A DNA stretch of 63,489 bases, filler included, from Octopus bimaculoides (GCF_001194135.2; 8 parts of 7 records of this genome joined end to end with filler, not necessarily neighbours in it); one strand, 5' to 3'; positions 38,379 through 52,026 are shown, numbered from the whole stretch's first letter. Numbers and translations: made by a program. Notes: generated from the sequence alone by a model not told the origin.

Positions 38379-41300
38379 AAATATAAATTCTGAGGAATTA
38401 GATATCGAAATAAAACAGAATAAAACAGAACTGGATAGCATAAATCATAAGCATATTAATAGCTTCTCACATGAATCATGATTGCTCACGCAATATTACA
38501 GACAATATAATACATATTCTGTCAAAATCCTAACAGTATTCATTGCATTAATAGACTTAACAAATAATTACGTTGATATGCGCATGTATTATACTCATCT
38601 TTATGGTGAGGATCATATAAAAAGATGCACCTGAATTTACGTTATTGTTTAAAAACTAAACAGTAAGCATTATAATTACTGCGTGCGCTCGTAGCCATTT
38701 CAAGACTTCTGACAATAATAAGAATACATTTAATACGAGAGAAATATCTATAGTGTAATTTTAGCATTAGATATTCGTTTCTATTGAAAACACAAACAAT
38801 CAGAATAATGAATGAAGAAGGCAATTTGGATGGAAAAATATCTCGTAAGCAAAATTTGCTTTGCTTCTGAAATATTGAGTTGAATGATTGCTGAAAGGGA
38901 AGAAACAGAAATATAAAGGGTTAATAAGGAAAAAAGAAAACAAACATTTATACCTAAAAAAATTGGTTGGAAGATAAATGACTAAGTAAATCGAAGTGTT
39001 AGAAATAGCGAAGAAGATAAATAGAGTCACTTATTCATAAGGTTCTTAGAAATATCTGTAAACCAAATTGCGTAAGGACATATGTACGTGTGAGGGTGTG
39101 CGCGTGTGAGCGTGCGTGTGAATCTGCCAGAATGAAGTCGGTATTTATGAGTTTTATACGCACAGACACCTCTTCCCCACACATACGTACACACACATAC
39201 GCACATACACACGTACACATACGTAAAGAAACACAAACAAGCTCTCGCTTGCGCACATATAAGCACACGCGTACATACATACAAGCACACATACTCACAC
39301 GCATATATATATATATACATATATATACATATATACACAAATATTCATACATATATATTGTGTGTATATGAGAATCTATATTTTTTCCTTATTTCCTTAT
39401 TCGAATGTATTTACGTGATGGATTTAAATAATGGAGTACCTTTATTTCATATATATATGTATANNNNNNNNNNNNNNNNNNNNNNNNNNNNNNNNNNNNN
39501 NNNNNNNNNNNNNNNNNNNNNNNNNNNNNNNNNNNNNNNNNNNNNNNNNNNNNNNNNNNNNNNNNNNNNNNNNNNNNNNNNNNNNNNNNNNNNNNNNNNN
39601 NNNNNNNNNNNNNNNNNNNNNNNNNNNNNNNNNNNNNNNNNNNNNNNNNNNNNNNNNNNNNNNNNNNNNNNNNNNNNNNNNNNNNNNNNNNNNNNNNNNN
39701 NNNNNNNNNNNNNNNNNNNNNNNNNNNNNNNNNNNNNNNNNNNNNNNNNNNNNNNNNNNNNNNNNNNNNNNNNNNNNNNNNNNNNNNNNNNNNNNNNNNN
39801 NNNNNNNNNNNNNNNNNNNNNNNNNNNNNNNNNNNNNNNNNNNNNNNNNNNNNNNNNNNNNNNNNNNNNNNNNNNNNNNNNNNNNNNNNNNNNNNNNNNN
39901 NNNNNNNNNNNNNNNNNNNNNNNNNNNNNNNNNNNNNNNNNNNNNNNNNNNNNNNNNNNNNNNNNNNNNNNNNNNNNNNNNNNNNNNNNNNNNNNNNNNN
40001 NNNNNNNNNNNNNNNNNNNATATATATATATATACATATTGATATACGTGCATATCTATGCATATGCATATATAGTTATTCTGTTATTTGTGTCAGTGAA
40101 TGTGAAAGTATACGCAAGAGAGTTGCTATATGTGAGTACGCTTGTGTACTATTGTAAGAACCAATGAAACTATGCATTAAAAAGCCATGTGGAAGGCAAC
40201 ACGTCAATGAAAATATATGCGATGTTGATATGAAGATAATTAAAAATAACAATAAATTTTCTATTTATTCATATTCCTTAATTCGTATAATTACTTTCTT
40301 ATTTATAATTTGATTTCAACGCCAAAACTATGAGATCCTTGTGCATTGAATGATTTAGCAACCCATTGCTCTATTCTTTGTTTGTTTGCTTATCATGTTT
40401 GTTATTCAAACGCCAACTGCTACCTCACAAAATAATCACAATAATCGTTAGATATCAGGGCTATGGGTACAATCTCTCTAATAAAGTAGAGTCTATAGAA
40501 CATCTAGTCTGCTTTTCTTGTCTAAGGTCTGCTCGATCAGGGCTTTTTGGGAACGATAAACCTACAAGAAAAATTTTGAATTACGTATACAATTTGCTAA
40601 TCGATCTCTGTCAAATATTGGTGATATGCCAGCGAATGTCTCAAAACCTTCTAAGTATTTAGCCCACATAAAATGCTGTCTTTTTCAGCGATGTATTATA
40701 AAGTTTCTGAAGGATAAATGCAAGGTTTCTGAAGGATAAATACATTATGAAGTAGCAACATAGTCGATTTCAACAAGGGTGTTATAAATGGCTGTGAGTG
40801 GGAAAATGTTAATTATCATGGGAAAAACATAAATATTTATACACAAAGGAGATGAATTGATGGAATGTAAAGTTTCTATATGGCAAATAAGCGTCAGGAA
40901 TTGGTGCAGATGAAGAAATATTTGTTTCGCTTGTACAGACTTTGAATCATTCTGTGATCCGCCGGCTTACATAATGGACGCTTTTGTCATTAAGAGATAT
41001 ATCGAATGCGAGTGTACAAGATATTTGTCAAAAGACAACAGATGAAACTAATTCATTCTCTGCTGTTTTAGACCAAACTGAATGTATTAAAATGATATTG
41101 ATAAGAAATATTTCTCTAACGTACTTTTCTAGAACCTAGAGCCTATCACAATGTTATGGAATACACAAAGACGGAATATGGTACATACTTACACCATGCC
41201 ATTCAAAGATATTGATAGATGCTATAATAAGATTAAAGGATGATGAAGTAAACTCTCTGGTCATTATAGAAAATATTTTAAGTAATTAAACAAATAGTTT

Positions 41301-43112
41301 ATAATAGTTATTTTAACAACAGTAGCCGTAAATATATCTAAAAAAGAATGATCCGTAAATAAAGTGATAGTATTTAACTATTGAGGATTCTAAAAAGAAA
41401 TGTATTCTGAATATAGTAAGAAGTATTCACATCAATTTATAATTACCAAGACGAGACGTTTCGTGTATTTAACTTTACAAAATAAAAATACAGATTTTCG
41501 AAAACAACATAAGAGTAATAATTTCAATACATTATTCAAGAGACAAAAGGCACTTTGAACATTTTCGGAAGCACTGCAGGGCTTTAACTAAAACTATACA
41601 AAAGAAATATTTGTTTCGTCCCCGATAGCAACAATCAATAGCGATTGTACACAATGACACAGATCTGACAATCGAAAGAATGCAAACTAACAGGCCGCCG
41701 GTATTTAATACTAATGTGATGACAGAGAAAGTGAATTGAAATTGTGAATTTAAATGCAGAATAACTAATATAAATATTTCTGCTCTTCATTTTTATAATA
41801 ATTATAAATTTAAGATCGCATATTAAATAAAGAAGTGGGGACGATACAATCTTAAGTACTTGGATGCAAAGCAAAGTAGATCACGGCCTTGTATCGCATC
41901 ACTTTCTGCTATGATCTTTTACCTAGCCAGAACATTATCAATATGAACACAGTTTCACAAATATTTAGGATGCAGCTTAATTATTCCATCTGAGACTAAA
42001 TAACTAATTCGTAAAAGATACAATTCTATTGTCTCCTACTTTCGCAACTTGAGAGTCCGTAAATATTGAAAGGGTCAGAGATAATACTCGTGATGGATCG
42101 AAGTGCGATTTGAACAGGTTCCACAAGGTAGCCATTTGATCCGACCATTTAGTATTTGCTGCAGTGCACTAAAGGAATTCAGCTTCTTAGAATGAGGCAG
42201 GGAATAGAACCTTTGACGAGAGCAGAAAAAAGCTTACGATTAACCTACTTTTATTAGAGCCACATTGAAAAATGTTTCTTAATCACATTATATATAATGT
42301 GATGCAGAAATTTTAAAGACCTCGCCAAACAAAACGAACTGATATATTTGTCTCTGTAAGTATGTATATATGCGGGCGCTCCCTTTTGTTTTCAATTGGA
42401 AAATTTTAAGGGCAGTACAACGTGCGACGATCCTAGGTTGACGGCTCTGCATAATCGTTCGAGAGTCACAAAAAATACGTTGAGATATTTTTTTCCGATT
42501 CATTATGCGTTGGAGTCTAGTTAAATCGAGTTGAAATTTACTTTTCATCTTAGTTCCGTACGAAAGAGAAAATGTTTATCATGTCCTTCCGCTTATTTAA
42601 TTGACTAATCGTCTTCGTCCTGAAAACGAAAGCCTTGTTCTTATGTGCAGAACAATTATTATAATTGATAGTCAAAGTTTAAACACCGAAAAAAAAATAC
42701 ATAGGAGCAAAACCAGGGAGACACACAGAGAGGGACAGAGAGAGAAAACCAAGGAGAGAAACAGTCAGAGAGAGGAAGGGAGAGAGAGAGCGAGATAGAG
42801 ATAGAGAGAGAGGGGGAGAGAGACAGACAAGGAGAGAAAGAGAGTGGGGCTGAAGTGTGATTTAAATATACGATGCTTTATTGTCAATTACTCGGAAAAC
42901 ACTAATTCCATTAATGGCTTTTATCAACAACATATCTCGTTAATTACCCCGTTTTCATTTAATTGTTTAAAATATCGATTCAGAATGTAAAATTAAACAT
43001 TACAGTGAATTACATTTTAATATTATCTTTGTTCAGGCTCATTGGGTTAATTAATAATTGAATTTCATTATAATAATTAGTTTACAAGCACTTGCACACA
43101 TACACACACACA

Positions 43113-43192
<80 letters not shown>

Positions 43193-43574
43193 CATACACA
43201 CGTGTTTATGTGTGTGTGTGTGTGTGTATTCAATGTCAAATGGCCATAGCAAATCAAGCAGAAAAAAATGACACTCGAATTATATGTGTGTATGTGTGTG
43301 TGTGCGTGCGAGTGTGTTTCTGTGCCTTTGTGACTGCGCGCGAACGTGTGTGCGCGTGCATAAACGTTCAGTTTGGTCGAGCGAAGGAATGTGGTTTATA
43401 GTTGTCGTGTATATAACTCATAAAACATCAATCTTTATCTCCCAACACGAATTTAATGGAGCATTGTCATTCGGCGGGAAACTCGGCTTCCGAGACAAAT
43501 TCAATTTTACTCAGCGTACATACATAAATACATACACTCATACATACATGCATGCATACATATATGAATACACA

Positions 43575-43797
43575 CATTGGGATATGTAACACACTGCCTA
43601 AATACCAATTTTGAGACAATAGGCTTCTCAAATCCGGAAAGGAGAAAGCTAATTTGAAGACTACAGATCCGAGCCATCACTCGAACTGTAAACATCTGTA
43701 AAACTTTCCGAACGTTAAACATTTAAATATATATGAACATGTTTAGATATGCAAGTATATGCATGACAAGACATACATAAAACAAAATATACGAATC

Positions 43798-43800
<3 letters not shown>
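43575..43800 (+). mobile_element. (ATAC)n-associated RLE-type LINE 3' end, copy 2
   Basis: HCLNTNFETIGFSNPERRKLI*RLQIRAITRTVNICKTF; reverse complement of part of 59373-59730. Confidence 0.7.
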
Positions 43801-43840
<40 letters not shown>

Positions 43841-43940
43841 NNNNNNNNNNNNNNNNNNNNNNNNNNNNNNNNNNNNNNNNNNNNTTAATTAATTAANNNN
43901 NNNNNNNNNNNNNNNNNNNNNNNNNNNNNNNNNNNNNNNN

Positions 43941-44282
43941 CGGGTGGCACATGAGATGCACCATTTTGAGCGTGGCCGTTGCCAGTACTGCCTGACTGGC
44001 TCCCGTAAGATTTTCGAGCGAGATCGTTGCCAGTGCCCCTGGACTGGCTTGTGCGGGTGGCACATAAAAGACACCATTTCGAGCGTGGCCGTTTTCGTGC
44101 GGGTGACACGTAAAAGTACCCACTACACTCTCTGAGTGGTTGGCGTTAGGAAGGGCATCCAGCTGTAGAAACTCTGCCAAATCGGACTGGAGCCTGGTGT
44201 TGCCATCCGGTTTCACCAGTCCTCAGTCAAATCGTCCAACCCATGCTAGCATGGAAAGCGGACGTTAAACGATGATGATGAT
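43941..44282 (+). mobile_element. RTE-X-like LINE 3' UTR with (GAT)n tail
   Basis: GAGTGGTTGGCGTTAGGAAGGGCATCCAGCTGTAGAAACTCTGCC...CATGGAAAGCGGACGTTAAACGATGATGAT; internal GCGGGTGGCAC repeats. Confidence 0.75.
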
Positions 44283-44329
44283 ATTGGCCTCTCAGATTCA
44301 CACACTTACTGCAGTTTTTCTAAACCCTG

Positions 44330-46340
44330 TAAAAGAACTCAGAAGGTCAGGCCTCCAACCAGGCCTTTTGTGATGCCCTTAAAGTCAGGAACTTTTCAAC
44401 ACCCTCTTGTATATAAGTAGTGAAAAGTCCTGCCTGAAAACAATGCAGCTCAAGATTGAGAAAAGTCTGGAGCAATCCTACAAAGAAGAGAGAGCGGAAA
44501 AGGAGGCCTGGGTTATAACAAATATTAAGTCAAACACTAAAGCTTTCTTTAACTTTCCCAAAGAAATGGCCTCATTATGCTACAAGACAGGGTCCCTCTT
44601 CCAAAAGGACAGGAAACCCAATGAGGATAAGTGAAATACTGAATGAATAGTTCAAAAGTGTTTTCACTAGCCCTTTGGGAAACAGGCAAGTGAACAAACC
44701 AGTGGAGTTCTTTGCTACTTTATCAGTAACCAAGGAGGCAATAATAATTGATTACATTGACATTAAAGATGTAATACTGGCCATAGTTGAGGTAAATGTA
44801 AACCCAGTTGTTGGCCCTGATGGATTCCCAGCAATCCTTTTCAAATCATACAAATGAGCCCTTTCAAAACCACTACAGCCAGCTTCTTTTTCAGAACTTC
44901 TTTGCAAGTGGTAAACTCCCAAGCAAACTGAAGGAGGGAATAATATGCCTTATCTATACAAGAAGAAACAGAACATATGCTAAAAACTATAAGCCTATCT
45001 CTCTGACCTCACACATTAGCAAAGACATGGAACAAATAATCTGCAGGAAACTAAGTGCATTCTTTGCAGAAAATGATTTGCTGACTGACACTCAGCATAG
45101 TTTTTGACTAAGAAGAAGCTGCCTGACACAGCTCTTACAGCACTACAGCTGTGTGTTGAAGCAGTTGCTCAACAACTCAAAAACAGATGTGATATATCTC
45201 AACTTTGCCAAAGCCTTTGATAAAGTTGACCATGGTATGATATGTCACAAGCTGCGTTGTCTCTGCATAGTTGGAAAACTTGGAGAGTGGCTACATGACT
45301 TTCTAATAGATAGAAATCAGACAGTGGTGGGCAATGGAGCCATCTCCAAGAAAACACAAATAGTGAGTGATGTTCCACTAGGCGCTGTCTTAAGGCCACT
45401 GCTATTATAGTGGCCCTCTCAGAAATGCCCTCAGCTGGTCAAATATTCACTCTTGCTAGCTATGCAGATGATACAAAAGTCTCTCAGAGGGTACAAAACC
45501 CTGGAAATATTGAGCACCTGCAACAGGAGTTGGATGCATTATATAGGTGAGCTGAGGATAATGACATGTAGTTTAATGCTAGAAAATATCAAGCCTTGTG
45601 CTACCTGAAAAGCTACCTGCAAAGCTGAATGAAATGCAGACAGGGTACACTGGCCCAGGAAGGATTGCAATCTCTGAACCAAAATCAGTGACCTGAGCAC
45701 TGACATGAGTAATGAAATATCTTTTCAGGTGCATTTTACTAATTTAGTAATAAAATGCAGATGGCTGACCAGATGGATCCTCCAAACTTTTAGAATGAGA
45801 GAACATAAAACCATGATGGTCCTCTGGAGGACATATGTCCTCAGCTGCTTAGACTACTGCTCCCAACTATGGTCACAACACAATAGAAAATTAACAATAG
45901 GACTTGAGAAAATCTAGCAAGCTGCACAAAGAAGATTGTCTCAATGCAATATGTCAGCTACTGGGAAAGGGTGAAAAAGTTAAGACTCTACTCACTCACT
46001 AGAGCATAGGTGGGAAAGATATGCAGTGCTGTACATCTGGAAAATCCTGAAAGGACTTATACCAAACTTTGGGTTTGAAAATTATACAAACAGCAGAATA
46101 GTGCAGTTGCATAGTGCCTAAGATCCTAACATTGCCATCAGGATACAGGATCAGATACTGCAACAACTTAGGTTTTAAGGACCCACAGCTCTTCAGTATT
46201 CTCTCCAAAAGCCTGCGATACTTGCACGGTGTGGATGTGGGTGCCTTCAAAACAAAATCCAAAATATGTGGTTCTGAAGCAACATTCTTAACTTCACAAC
46301 AATGCCTGACAGAAAAAAAAAAAAAAAGAAAAACAAGCTG
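44330..46340 (+). pseudogene. Decayed CR1/L2-group LINE ORF2 (RT and C-terminus), 5'-truncated, A-rich end
   Basis: GPDGFPA, NYKPISLTSH, QHSF..RRSCLTQL, YLNFAKAFDKVDH, VPLGAVLRPLL, YADDTK, LDYCSQLWS; many stops. Confidence 0.9.
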
Positions 46341-46590
46341 CTCCATGTTGGAAAGCTTTTAATCATAGTTCAACAGCATTAGGATTGAGCAGGAGCTAAG
46401 AACAACAGCAACATAAATAAAAACAGGCAGTAGAAAACAGAAAGAAGAAAAACGACAAAAAAAAGTTATATCTGTAAAAATATAGAAAAANNNNNNNNNN
46501 NNNNNNNNNNNNNNNNNNNNNNNNNNNNNNNNNNTTAATTAATTAANNNNNNNNNNNNNNNNNNNNNNNNNNNNNNNNNNNNNNNNNNNN

Positions 46591-49028
46591 ACCAAACAGA
46601 AGCTTCTTGGGTATTCTGTAGTCTGGCATGTGGGCTACATGACCAGCCCAGCGAAGCTGAGTTTTCATCAGGATGGAAGGGATGCTTGGGAGCCCGGTAC
46701 GAGTAAGGACTTCTGTGTCTGGTATCCTTTCCTGCCAGCTTATGCCAAGTAGTTTCCTCAGCCTGGTGGTGTGGAAGTGATTTAGTTTTTTGACGTGGTG
46801 TTGGTAGACGGTCCACGACTCACATCCATAGAGTAGGGTGGTGAGTACGACAGCTTTGTAGACCTTGATCTTTGTCATGGAGGTGATGCCTCTTCTATCC
46901 CATACATTCTTGTGGGGTCTGCCGAAGCCAGTACTTGCTTTGGCGAGTCTGGTGTTGATCTCATCGTCAATGACTACATTGCGGGAAAACGTACTGCCAA
47001 GGTAGGTAAATTTGTCAACCGCATTGAGTCTTTGTCCGTCGATGGAAATGTTGGGTACTACATATGGTTTTCCTGGAGCGGGTTGGTGCATCATCTCGGC
47101 CTTCTTGGTACTGACTGTGAGACCAAAGTTGTCACAGGCTTCCGAGAATATGTCTGCACTGCGTTGCATGTCCGCCTCAGAGGTAGCGTTTAGGGCACAG
47201 TCATCAGCAAACAGAAAGTCATTGATAATGTCTGTTGAAACTTTGGATTTTGCTCGTAGCCTCCTGAGATTGAAAACTGATCCATCAAATTTGTGCCTGA
47301 TTCCAATGCCCACATCAGCGTCTCCGAAGGCGTCTGCCAGCATTGCAGAGAACATGAGGCTGAACAGGGTAGGAGCTAAAACACACCCTTGTTTCACTCC
47401 ATTTGTGACTTCAAAAGGGCCAGAGGTCTCCCCACTATCTTGTACTCTGGCCAGTATTCCATCATGATATTGGCGTGATGGTGATGGATTTTCTAGGACA
47501 CTTTGCCATAATTCTCCAGAGGCCTTCTCTGTTTACAGTGTCAAAGGCTTTGGTCAGATCATCATAAGTGGAGTATAGATCCACGTTTTGTTCTTGGCAC
47601 TTTTCTTGGAGCTGCCTGGCAGCAAACACCATAGCAATAGTACCGCGATCCTTGCGGAATCCATATTGGCTCTCTGGTAAGAGGTCTTTTTCCAGATGAA
47701 CTATGAGCCTGTTCAGCAGTACTCTGGTCAGTATCTTGCCTGCACTGGATAACAGGGATATCCCCCGATGGTTATCACAGGCCTGGCGGTTTCCTTTGCG
47801 CTTGTAAAGATGTATGATGGAGGCATCTTTAAAGTCTTGGAGTCTTTGAAGTCATCGGGGTTTGTCATGGTAGGGGCGTGGGCACTGACAAGGGTGGCGA
47901 ACTTCTTCCCATTGGAGAGAGGGGGTCTCAGTGTCATTAGTCGTCGTTCAATCCTTTTGGGGGGTCCAGCCAGTTTGCTCACAAGCGCATTTTTCACCGC
48001 AAAACCAACTCCAGCCTCACGCCTCTCCTCAGGTCCTCTGCCACTCCAAAAGAAGGTGTAGCCTTGACCTCTTTCACTAAGTTCACCTTCACCTGCTAGT
48101 CTCATTTCACTTAAAGCAACAATGTCAATGTTATACCTGGCAAGTTCGCTTGCAATGAGTGCAGTGTGTCTTTGTGGTCTGTCTGAGTCGTTTCTGTCTA
48201 AGAGTGTACGAACGTTCCACGTCGCAATCTTGATAGGTATCTTTGTTTTTCGACCGCATTAGTAGGATCCCCGCTGACCGCGGTAAGCCAGCCAGGTTAT
48301 AGTAGTGGAGTGGGCAGGTTTTGGGGCACCTTTACTAGCCCGTTCCCCATGCCACGGGGGTGAGCAGTGCTGTCCTAAAGAGGGCTGCTCAGTCACTCAG
48401 ACGGCTGTCGAACTTCACTTCCGCTCCAGTCAGTAGAGAGCGACCCGATAGCCTGGGCCGCCTGTGTGTAGGTATGCAGCTACGACTTCCAGTGTAACCA
48501 CACCTGTCGCTTCGTCGCTCGCCCATCGCCACAGGACTTGAAACGGATGATAGAGGACATGCGCTGGGGGTTTGTTTAAAGTGAAACTGGTTTGCGCAGA
48601 GCCAGCCTCACTCTCTCGTCCCAACCAGCCTGATCCAGCGGCAGGACAGCCGGGGGCCAGGTGGGATGCAGGAGGTGTCGGAAGGGGGGCGAGTACGCCG
48701 GCCAACCGCCTACGGGGCTCTACTCCGAGATCTACGGCCGAGTTCCTCCTCCTTGGTGGTTCGCCCTGGTCACAGGTGCGCGGACGTTGCTCCGAAACAG
48801 CTTGGTCCTGGCCGTTAGTCCAGTCTGGTGGACTCTCCGCCCAACGGTGCCGTACCAACACTGTCCCCTCATATGGTTTGGCAAGCCTGCTGAGGCCAGT
48901 ACGCAGGGTATAGCTCTTGGAGCTAACATGTGAGAGATTTAGGGGATGAGTGAGGACCAGTGACCCCGTCCACCCTATTGGGCACAGCAGCCAGGAATCG
49001 AAAGGTACTACCTCTACCCAGAGCCCCC
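46591..49028 (-). mobile_element. RTE (BovB/RTE-1-like) LINE with intact 5' UTR, EN start, large internal EN-RT deletion, and RT; 3' end cut by a gap
   Basis: IATWNVRTL..IVALSEMR..YTFFWSG..AGVGFAV..SAHAPT; then QDFKDASIIHLYK..HRGISLL..DLTKAFDTV..GVKQGCVLAP..LFADD..FTYLGS..LRWAGHVAHM. Confidence 0.93.
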
Positions 49029-49289
49029 TATACCCCTAGTAGATATATAAATACATCCAAATAGACAGCAATATAATAGATTCATATTACACACCAATTG
49101 TTTTCTAAAAGAGAACTCTCACCTGAATAGTAGAATGGAAATGGATAGTTACAGCTATTATAAAGTACTTAGTTTCAATATGGTATAATTAACGATTAAA
49201 TAAGTGTTTATTTTTATTAGCTTTCCGCTTTTGTCTCAAGTGGTTGACTAACACGCCATTAATAGGATACAAATATCTACCACATTTGT

Positions 49290-49352
<63 letters not shown>

Positions 49353-49569
49353 TCTTTCTCTCTCACTTACACACACTCACTCACTATCTCTCTATCTCTC
49401 ATTTTCTCTCTGCCTCAATCACTTTCTTTTTAAGTCTCTCACATCGACAAGTGTTGACGCATATAGATACATGTGTGTGTATGTATGAGTGTGCGCGCGT
49501 GTATGCATGTATGTAACTGTGTACGTATATATTCATGAACGTATATATGTTCTCTGTCCTTTTCAATTT

Positions 49570-49890
49570 AGAATAAATTTTGACCTGCCAACTGCTTGAT
49601 AGCAAAGTTCTGATGGAAAACATCTATCTTCTTTGTTCATCATTGTTTAAATCTTAGGAACGTCTTGCGGATTCCATAGTTCCAGATATTGTGTATGAAT
49701 TAAAGATTTGCATTCTCTCCCTAAGATACCCAATTCAGCCATTCTTTGTTCCAGACGGTTTGCTATGTATCCTTTGCACCAATAAAAGGTATGCAAACTC
49801 CTTATCAATAGTCCTTAGATGTCCACTTTCTTTTGTATTTTCTAACCCCATTGGTGTCCAGGGGGCAACTGACATCCACACCAGAACAAC
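49570..49890 (-). pseudogene. Possible decayed RTE endonuclease relic
   Basis: TLFWCG resembles RTE YTFFWSG; the rest is weak. Confidence 0.3.
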
Positions 49891-50109
49891 GTTTCTTTTT
49901 CTGCGCACGCATGAATGTATGTATATATGTAAGTTATCATATATGTATGTATGTATGTATGTATTATGTATGTATGTATGTATGTATGTATGTATGTATT
50001 ATGTATGTATGTATGTATGTATGTATGTATGTATGTATGTATGTATGTGTATGTATGTGTATGCAAGTATGTATAGAAACAATTGTTTATATGATGAATG
50101 TATCCAGAT

Positions 50110-50830
50110 GTTTGTAGAGAATACACCAAAGCAGTGTTGTGTAATGGCTCCTGTCTTGTTTACAAACTACTCAACCATGCTGCAAGAGGCATTCAGAGAT
50201 GTTGTCCAAAGTGTTGTCCAGATGAAACCATTTCAATCCACAATACCTCAGAGCAAGAACTAAAGACAGGTGTCAACATCTGATAGACTTTTTATTTGCA
50301 GATGATTGTTCGTTGATAGCACCCTCTCCACAGAGCATCGAAACATTATTTGACTGTTTTGAAAATTTTGCTAAATCTATTGACCTAAGGGTCAGTGTGT
50401 GGAATACTGAGGTCTTACACCAGCCAGCAGCTGCACACCTAAAACAGGATTCCATTGTCATTGTAGACAATACCACTCTAAATGTTGTGCCGAAATACTG
50501 CTACCTGTAAAGCATCATGTTGAATGCTCAGCAAAATGAAGAGAACACCCAGAAATTGTCTAAGGCAAGCTCGGCAATCGGTTGACTCCAATACAGACTG
50601 TTTAGGGAACATGGCATCTCTGTGTGCTCGGAAAGATCAAAATACATGAGACATGAGTGCTTAGTTATTTACTATATGACAATGAAGCACGGACTGGCTA
50701 CAAGCACCATATTAAATGGCTACACTCATTCCATCAGCGCTGCCTTTGCTTAATTTGCATCATCAATGGGCAGGACAAACTCCCCAACGTAGAGGTTCTT
50801 ACAAAATGTGACATTCTAGACATAGAAAGT
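50110..50830 (+). pseudogene. Decayed RTE RT fragment
   Basis: KQCCVMAPVLF, LFADDCSL, KYCYL, FHQRCL, LPNVEVL. Confidence 0.75.
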
Positions 50831-52026
50831 TTCCTTACAGCCACCTTATTTGTGGACCGTCAAACACGCCAACCTGGTTAACAGGATCTGCACAAGTTCT
50901 TCATAATTTGATGTCTTCCTGTTTTCCAGGAAACCAGACACAATCACAACAAAAGAATTCCAGCCTTCTTTTTCAGTACCACACATGGTCTCCAAACACT
51001 GCCCATACTGCAATAGCCATTTCCTTTGTGGAAGGTCAAACACACCAACCTTAATTTTCTCACGAGACAAACCTAGAAACTTCCTGCCTAAGTATTTGAA
51101 ACAGTCACTGTCTCAGTGTTTCAACGCATGTTTCACACACTCTATGGAGTGCCAAGGCTTTGTCTTGATCACCCAGTTTCATGCTAAAGTAAGATAAGCT
51201 TTCTTCACGGAATCTGTGATTTTGTATCGCTGCCTAAGTAAAATGTAACATCCACAAATATAAGAGAAGATATCGGAGCTGTTTTTGCATTTTCTTGTCT
51301 CACAACTGGTCTTTTTTCTTACCTGGGAAAAGCCTTTTTAGAAATGTCAACAGTTATAAAGTAAGCGACTGTAGATTTGTGATGTCAAAGTTCCATAAAG
51401 AGCATGCATATCGTGAAGCTTTTTCTACAGTTCTTTAACCATGTTTGACAAAAAGTGATTCTGACCCTTGTACCATCACAGTAAAGACACTTAGGGCGCA
51501 TTCAAAATACCGATTTTCATTAGAAATAATTAAAAGTTCAAAAAAGCATCTCTCCCTTTGTCTTCAATCATAGTCATGCTAAATCAAGCACAGTGTGGGG
51601 ATGTTTGCATACAAATTCCACAGATATGAGACATGTATGATGCCAAGGGCCACAGAAATGTGTTGTTTATTAACATCTAATTGTATAAAGTACATTACTG
51701 TCAACAACATGACATTTAAACCTGGTTAGATTGAAAATAGTGACTGTTTGATGATCTTTATTTACTGAAGATACTAAAATAATAAATTCTGTTTTCATTT
51801 TTGTAGCCGTATTTACTTTAAATAACATTTAAAACTATATTTTTCAAGTTATATCAAGCTCCATACATGGATCTGCATTTGATAAAAGTCATATCTATCC
51901 TTAGAAATATTGAAGAATGGACATCTTGTGTTTGTGAAAATGAGCAAACTTTAAACCTCTATAACTTTTTTAAAACATTTTTCTGGAAAAAATGAAATAA
52001 CTCCAGCAATTCAGTCTGGGCAAGTG
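50830..52026 (-). mobile_element. Chapaev3-like (CMC) DNA transposon, 5' end and internally deleted transposase
   Basis: KCKNSSDIFSYICG..ITDSVKKAY..KLGDQDKA..H.VC..C, then KIKVGVFD..EKEGWNSF..SGFLENRK..NYEELV; CAC terminus at 52026; family name from recall. Confidence 0.65.

Noticed and set aside
40701-40741. 22-bp-period tandem duplication GTTTCTGAAGGATAAAT
   Set aside because: Ordinary local slippage duplication with no further structure
40800-41300. Possible hAT-like transposase relic (FSAVLDQT)
   Set aside because: One weak motif with no supporting ordered motifs or TIRs
42308-42355. Candidate 48-nt symmetric exon ending at GTAAGT
   Set aside because: Acceptor lacks a pyrimidine tract; no homology recognised
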